Origin: Azolla caroliniana
Lineage: Eukaryota; Plantae; Polypodiophyta
Assembly (NCBI GenBank): GCA_043228905.1
Contig: JBHGNT010000001.1
Span: 7,812,001 to 7,876,000, forward strand
Length of the DNA: 64,000 nucleotides
Direction of reading: 5' to 3'
The position numbers and the translations under genes are program-made. The notes beneath the pieces were generated by a model that did not search any database, was not told the origin of the DNA, and worked only from the letters and a program-made list of their open reading frames with translations. Positions 57,657 through 64,000 of the stretch are shown here, one piece after another. Numbering within the stretch: the first letter of the stretch is position 1; each line of letters begins with the position of its first letter.

Positions 57657-58490
57657 TGTCGTGAAGAAAACCGTCCATAGGCGGAATCGGCGCACCAAGG
57701 CGTGGGAACCGGTTCTTCACGCGCGCACGCTCCGAGTTGTACATAGAAGCGAATTAGGAGGATAATCGGCGGGAACGGGCCCTAACACGAGTGGAGACAA
57801 AGACCGCGCGAACAGTCTTTTCGGTCGCGCGCGCGAGCGAAGGAACGGTACGAGTCGGCGGCGTAACTACGCGGATGCGTGAAGGACGAAGCGAATCCCT
57901 GTCCAAAAGGGACAGGGAATAAAGCTGACGTGACGGCCTGCTCGTCGGCCTATATAAGGAGCAGGAAAGAGCTATTGCAGGGCATCTCGCGTGGAGAGGA
58001 CGAAGTGGTGTCGGACCGTTTCTGGACGCTTCGCCCTCTGTTTCCTTCCTTCTGGAGCTCCATAGCTTTTCTGTGCGGGGTTCCGAGGAGGCTTGCGCTG
58101 TTTCGAGGAACGCCCGAGTGCTTCCGGCAGCACCTCCGACCGGCAACCCCTTTGTGCGTTGAAGCGAACAGGCATCGGCATCTGTTCGCCGGCCTGTTCG
58201 GTTGTAATCAACCTGTGCCCCATCGAGGGTTGTAGTCGTGTTAGCCATTCTTGATATATATATTTAGTCATTCGCATCTGTCTGTGTCGGTGTTCGTTCG
58301 CGTTCTCCGTGCTGAAGGGCCGTGTCCCTGTGTATCCCCGGTCCTGCGTAGCCGGTTCTCTCTCTTTCTCCTCCCTCGCTTGCTCTTTGGTTCGAGACCC
58401 CCGCGGTCCCGCCTCGTTTCCACACGCACTTGCGTAATAACACGACATCTTGGTGAACCCGACGTGAAGGAGGCGGCAGAAGAGCAGAAG

Positions 58491-60617
58491 ATGAGGGGGT
58501 CGGATCTTGCAGAGGCCATGGCTTCGGCCGTGGATCGGATTGTAAACGCGCGCGAGGGCACCGGTGCCCTCGACAGAGCTATTGAGGCGGTCGTCGGCAC
58601 GATCGGCCGGTTCGATGGGAGGGATGCCACGAAGTATCTGGCGTCCTACGGTGCAGAAATGCTGATGCGGGACATTCCGGAAGAAAGGCGTCTTGCCGGA
58701 TTTCCCCGAGTGGCAATGCCGAGCATCCATGCGGAGGTGCTCGAGGTGCGGGCGGAGAGCCGTACCTGGGAAGAGTTCGAAGGTCGGCTCCTAGAGAAAT
58801 ACGGGCTGGACGACGCGCTCCGGCTTTCGAAGCGAAGGTTCATGGAATGGGTGGAATCCCCGGGGAAGGGAAGAAACGCGTCGGCACTCCTCCGGGAGTT
58901 CGAGGAAAACTTTGCGCGCCTTTCGGCGCTCGACCGAACCATCCTGGACACGAGCCGGGTCTTACTGTTTGTCAAGTCGGTCGACGAGCGGGATCGGGAG
59001 CAAGTGGGCCTCTTGCTGGAAACCGAAGACGGGCTCACTACCGACTGGGCGGCTGTCAGGAAGGTCTGTGGCCGTTTCGACAAACGGCGAGAATGGGCGG
59101 ATAACGGGGCAACCGGGTCGGGCTCGGTCGCAGCAAGGAAGCTCGAACCAGCGCCACAGGTGCGAAAGGAAGAGACCCGAGAGTGGTTGGAAACGGGTTC
59201 GGCTTTGACCGGCGTAGTCAGAGGCTCAACCGGAGGAGCGGCGCTGGAGGAATTGACGAAGGCGATAAAGGACCTCCAAATCGCGCAGGCCCGAAGGGAA
59301 GGAGGCGAACCGGCTCGTGACCGACGGCCGGCGGCAGGAAACAGGTGCATGTGGTGCGATGAAGTCGGCCACATTCGGAAGGACTGCGGCGACTTCGCGG
59401 AGGCGCTGAGGAATAGGGTGGTGTACCTGTGGGAAGGACGGGTGCATGCCAGCGACACCCGAAGGGCCCTGAGCCGAAACGACGGGCGAGGTGGTATGAA
59501 AAGGTTGATGGAAGAGGCGGCGGCCCGACACGCGGAAACCGTCCACTACTCGGCGTCGGCCGGCATTCGAGTCGGGGGCGGCGAGGGCCGAAAGGAAAGC
59601 AAAGCCGGATTCTGGCCGACGATGCTAGAAGGCCTTGCCGGTGCAGGGCTTAAAGGGGAGGAATCGGACTGTGCGGAGAAACGGGTACGGGAGATGACCG
59701 GATGGAGCGATCCGGTCGAGGAAAAGACGGGCTTCGTGGAAGCCGCTTGCCGGAACTACGAGGCTCTGGTAGAAGAGAAGCGGGTGGGGAAACCCGGGAC
59801 GACCGGGCCCTCACAACGATACGAGACCCGGTCCGGGCCACGACGGGACGAAGCCGGCGGGGCCGGTACGCAAGATAAACCCCAGAAGGGTGGGTACCGT
59901 CTGGGGACGGAGATAGAAAGAACCACGGACTTACGAAAGGTCCTGGAGGAACGGATCCTTGACAGCAAGGTGGAGCTGTCGTTACGAGAGGTGCTGGGAA
60001 TCGCCAAGAAGGAGTTCCACGACTCCATCGTGGACTTGGTGAAACGGAAGAGGCTGTCAACGGAGACAGAACCGGAAAGACCAGTGGAAGTGCGGACGAC
60101 GCACCTAGACGACATGGCGCTGGGAGACGAGTGGGCGGAAAGCCACTATTCGAGACCACACTGGGCCCGAGCGACCACGGAAACCCCGGTGAAGATCGGC
60201 GGTGTCCAGGAACCGGTGATAGCTTTGGTGGACCACGGATCGGAGATCAACTTGATGTCCATGGACTTCTATAAGAAGGGCAAATGGCCGATCAACACCA
60301 AGCACGGGTGGAAAATAAGGGCGGCAACGCGCGCCACCGAGGAGCTGCACGGGGCCTGTCCGAATGTGCGAGTCAAGATCGGCGACGTCGAGATTGACTA
60401 GCACTTCTTCGTGCAGGAGACGTCTTCGCATCCGGTCATACTGGGAGAGCCGTACATCACGGCGGCGCGAATGGAGACCAAGGTGCTGGACAATGGTTCG
60501 GCCTACGCGAGGGTCAAAAGCCAAGACGGGCGCCATTCGGTCCAGTTTCTGACGGTACGGCCGAACCACGAACGTAACCGCGACTCCCTCGGTTCCGAAA
60601 ACCGAGAGGATTTTTAG
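58491..60617 (+). pseudogene. gag: E Gag-protease with premature TAG at 60399-60401 (CAG in B and C)
   Basis: Single nonsense change inside the protease domain. Confidence 0.92.
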
Positions 60618-63600
60618 AAAGGACTGCCAAGGCGTGGGGCCGCGACAGTCCGGATGCTCCGGGAAGACCCCACATCTGTACGATAAAACCGTGTACAATA
60701 GGTAGGAAATTTTGCTTCTCCGGCAGCGGAGCATGTGCGATGGTCGGCATCGCCGGCCGAGAGAAAACAAAGACGGAGGGGAGACTTCGAGCGTGCGGAG
60801 TTCTCGGCCCTGACGAAGAAATCAACGGAGCCGTGGAGGCAGTCTCCTTCGACGACACCTTGGGAATGCTGGGGAAGTTAGTCGAAGAAGACCTTAACGA
60901 AGACCGGACGATACCGGTATGTTCCGAAGAAATGTACGAAGTCATCGCGGACTTCGGTCGATGGCTCGAGTCGGGACGGACGGCCCGAGTTAGCACCAAG
61001 TACAAGACTGTGGACCGGAAGGTGAGGCCAGTTGCGGCGCCCTTACCGGAGGGCAGCGAATCCCGAATCAAAGGGGTTGCATCGGACCCCAGCTTACGAG
61101 ATCCGGCCTGCATAGGACACACCTTCACCAACGAGACGCTCCGCGAGCTGAAGATCGGTGGGGGCGGGTTCCTACTACCGGCGGAGGAAGACCGATTTCG
61201 GAGGATGCTCGGAAGGCACGGGAAAGCCTTCGCATTCTCACCGGAGGAAATCGGGTGCGTAGACCCGACGATCGTAGAGCCGATGGTGATATTCACGGTA
61301 CCGCATGTACCGTGGAATCTCAAGCCAATTCCGGTTCCGAGAGCTCACATCCCGAAGTTGATGGAGCTGTTGAAGCAGAAAGTTGATATGGGCATTCTCG
61401 AGCCGTCGAGCGCCCCGTACTCGAACCGGTGGTTTACGGTACCAAAGAAAAACGGATCACTGCGCTTCATTCAGGACTTGCAACCGGTCAATAGGGTGAC
61501 CATTCGGAATGCAGGGATCGGACCGACCATAGACGAGTTCGCGGAGGCCTTCGCCGGAAGGTCGATTTACTCGGTCGGTGATCTATACTCAGGGTACGAC
61601 CAGTTCCAGCTAGCCGTGGAGAGCAGAGACATTACGACGATGCGAACTCCCCTCGGCCTAGTGCGGATGTGTACGCTGCCGCAAGGAGGGACCAACTCGG
61701 TGGCCCACATGGTGAATGCAATGAACAAGGTGCTGAGGGACTGCATCCCGGACATCACCATGCCGTTTCTAGACGACATCCCGATCAAGGGATGCCCGGT
61801 AGAAGAGAAGGACGAGACGATCGGGCCGGACGGATGCCGGCGATTCGTGGTAACGCACATCGACGACTGCGAGAAGGTGCTGCAAAGGCTAGAGGATGCG
61901 AGGCTCACTTTCTCGGGGGAGAAGTCAGCCTTCGGGCAGTCGGAAATCATGGTGGTCGGACATTTATGTGGACCGTATGGCCGGAAACCGTCTCCGGCAA
62001 AGATAGAAGCCATCTCCGCGATGAAGCCTGATTGCAGCTCGGTCACGGAAGTACGAAGATTCTTGGGAGCATGCGCCTTCTACCACATATGGATCCCGCA
62101 TTACGCGCACGTCGCGGAGCCGCTGTACGGATTATTGAAGAAAGGGCGAAGATTCGAATGGCTAGACAAGCACACGGAGTCGGTCCGGAAGCTGAAGGAG
62201 GCTCTTTCGGCAGCACCGGCGCTCCGAAAGGCCGTCTACAGGAAGGGCACCCCAGTGTACATAACGGTTGACACGAGTCCGACCGGAATCGGGTGGGTCG
62301 TCAACCAAGAGGACGAGGACGGCAATCGCTTTCCGATCCGATTCGGCGCGAAGGTCCTCAGCGAACGGCAGCGAGGATACGCCCAGGTTAAACGCGAACT
62401 CTGGGGTATCGTTTCGGCGGTGAAGGCCGACAAGGACTATCTGATCGGGACAGAGGTAATCATAGAGACGGATTGCATGCCGATTCTTGGCATGGTTTCC
62501 GGATGCGTGACGCCGGACCTGGCAATGCTCAGGTGGATAGCGTACATCAAGTCCCTGGACCCGGAAATACGACACATTTCCGGTAAAGACAACGCCATGG
62601 CCGACATGCTTTCAAGGGCGAGATTCGATGACGAGGGCGGCATGGTTTCGGAGGACGAAGAGGTCGGCGTGGACTTCTTCGAGGCTGCGTATGTAACAAC
62701 CGACGGAACAAGCACTCCGGCGCTTAACGACTTCGACGCGAGCAAGTACGACGGGGAGTGGCTGCAGATCGGTGGGTTTTTGAAGACAATGACGCCCGAT
62801 GCGTCCTGGACGAAGGACGAGGCCAACCGGATCCGGAAGAAAGCGTACCGGTTCTTTCTCCGGGATGGCTATCTATGGAAACACCCGAAGAAGAGGGACG
62901 GCGCTCCGCTCCGGGTGGTGGCGATGAGGGAAGAGCAGGAGGAGCTGCTGACGGCCTACCACGACAGCCCTTGGGCTGGACACCGTGGGACATGGGCTAC
63001 GTTTGAGAAACTAAAGGGGAAGTATTGGTTGCCGGGGCAGTACCAGGACGTGCATCGGTTCGTGACAACTTGCGAGAGCTGTCAGGTGCACTCCATTGTC
63101 CGACATCGGGACGAGCTCCACCCCACGTACCCTCCGACCATCCACTTCAAATGGATGGTAGACCTGGTGACGATGCCGATGGGGGTAGGACAGATGCGGT
63201 ACCTGGTCCTAGCGCGGGAGGATCTGACGAACCAGGTGGAAGGCCGGGCCCTTCCGAACAAAACGACCGCGGCCGTATGCCGGTTCCTAATCGAGGACGT
63301 GATATGCCGGTACGGGTGCGTCGGGAAGATCGTGGCTGACCGAGGGGAGTTGGACGCCGAAGAAGCCGCGGAGCTGTTCGACCGGCTGGGAGTCAAGCTC
63401 TCGCTCACCACTGCGTACAATCCGGAGGCGAATGGAAAGGTGGAGCGCGGACACGGACCGATCGTCAAGGCGTTGGTTCGGGCATGCGGAGGCCGAGTCG
63501 GTAACTGGCCGCGGCTGCTACCTTATGCTTTGTGGGCAGACCGGACCACGCACAGTTCGGTAACCGGGTACATGCCGACGGAGCTCATGTTCGGCCAGAA

Positions 63601-64000
63601 GCCGATCATGCCGACGGAACGGACGATCTCCTCGTGGGCAACGGTCGACTGGAGGGACGAGATGAGCCGGGAGGAGTTGTTGGCCGCACGTATACGACAG
63701 CTCGAGCGGAGACCGGAGGACGTGGCACTGGCTGCGGAGAAGCTCCGGGTGGCGAGGACAAAGAACAAAGCCCGGTTCGACCGAACGCCCCGGCTCCGAC
63801 CGAAGAAAATCGACGAAGGTGACTGGGTGCTCGTCTACGACAGCAGCCTCGACAACCAGCACCGAGCTACACGGAAGTTCGCACGAAGGTGGTTCGGGCC
63901 TTACGTGGTGCGGAGCGCCAATGACAACGGGACATATCACCTGGCGGAACTAGACGGCACGAGAATGGCGATACCGGTTGCAGGGAAGCGGATCAAAGCG
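60608..64000 (+). CDS. pol: E pol (RT-RH-IN), -1 frame, partial at the window end
   Basis: Colinear with C pol; no stop seen. Confidence 0.9.

Larger units (their letters stand above)
57657..64000 (+). mobile_element. Element E: C-subfamily Trp-primed element running off the window (5' LTR 57657-58447, PBS 58451-58468)
   Basis: LTR homologous to the C LTR; gag and pol nearly identical to C. Confidence 0.96.

Noticed and set aside
58251-58490. N-terminal extension of E gag starting inside the LTR
   Set aside because: It has a non-ATG start, and B has a TAG just before the gag ATG. The homologous start is 58491.
60399-60401. Programmed stop-codon readthrough in E protease
   Set aside because: It is CAG in B and C, so an ordinary C-to-T nonsense mutation. 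The D TGA at 56147 is treated the same way.
1-64000. CRISPR array, rRNA or prokaryotic operon
   Set aside because: None seen. The long repeats are explained by LTRs, microsatellites or TE duplications.

Overview
Eukaryotic, plant-type DNA: the tRNA primer sites match plant tRNAs, and a bryophyte source is a guess. I found no recognisable cellular gene. Positions 1-10.5 kb are AT-rich, with microsatellites, diverged repeats and L1-type LINE ORF2 3' remnants. Positions 10.6-64 kb are one continuous nest of 13 LTR-retrotransposon copies from three groups. (1) A Ty3/gypsy lineage (copies A, B, C, D, E, F, H) with TGTCGTGAAG...CGACA LTRs, a tRNA-Trp primer site, 4-bp TSDs usually centred on CG, and Gag-protease in one ORF. 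RT-RH-IN lies in the -1 frame behind a conserved G GAT TTT TAG slippery site and a covarying predicted pseudoknot. (2) A tRNA-Arg-primed Athila/Tat-like Ty3 lineage (X, G). (3) tRNA-Met-primed Ty1/copia elements (K, inverted K', L, M). Reconstructed nesting is F>H>{X>A, B, K>{C,K'}}, then L>G>D>M>E. A and B look structurally intact. The main leads are the conserved -1 frameshift cassette, the CG-centred target preference, a ~1.07-kb-arm copia palindrome, tRNA-like Pol III modules inside the A LTRs, and a long copia Pol tail after RNase H. All alignments and folds were done by eye.
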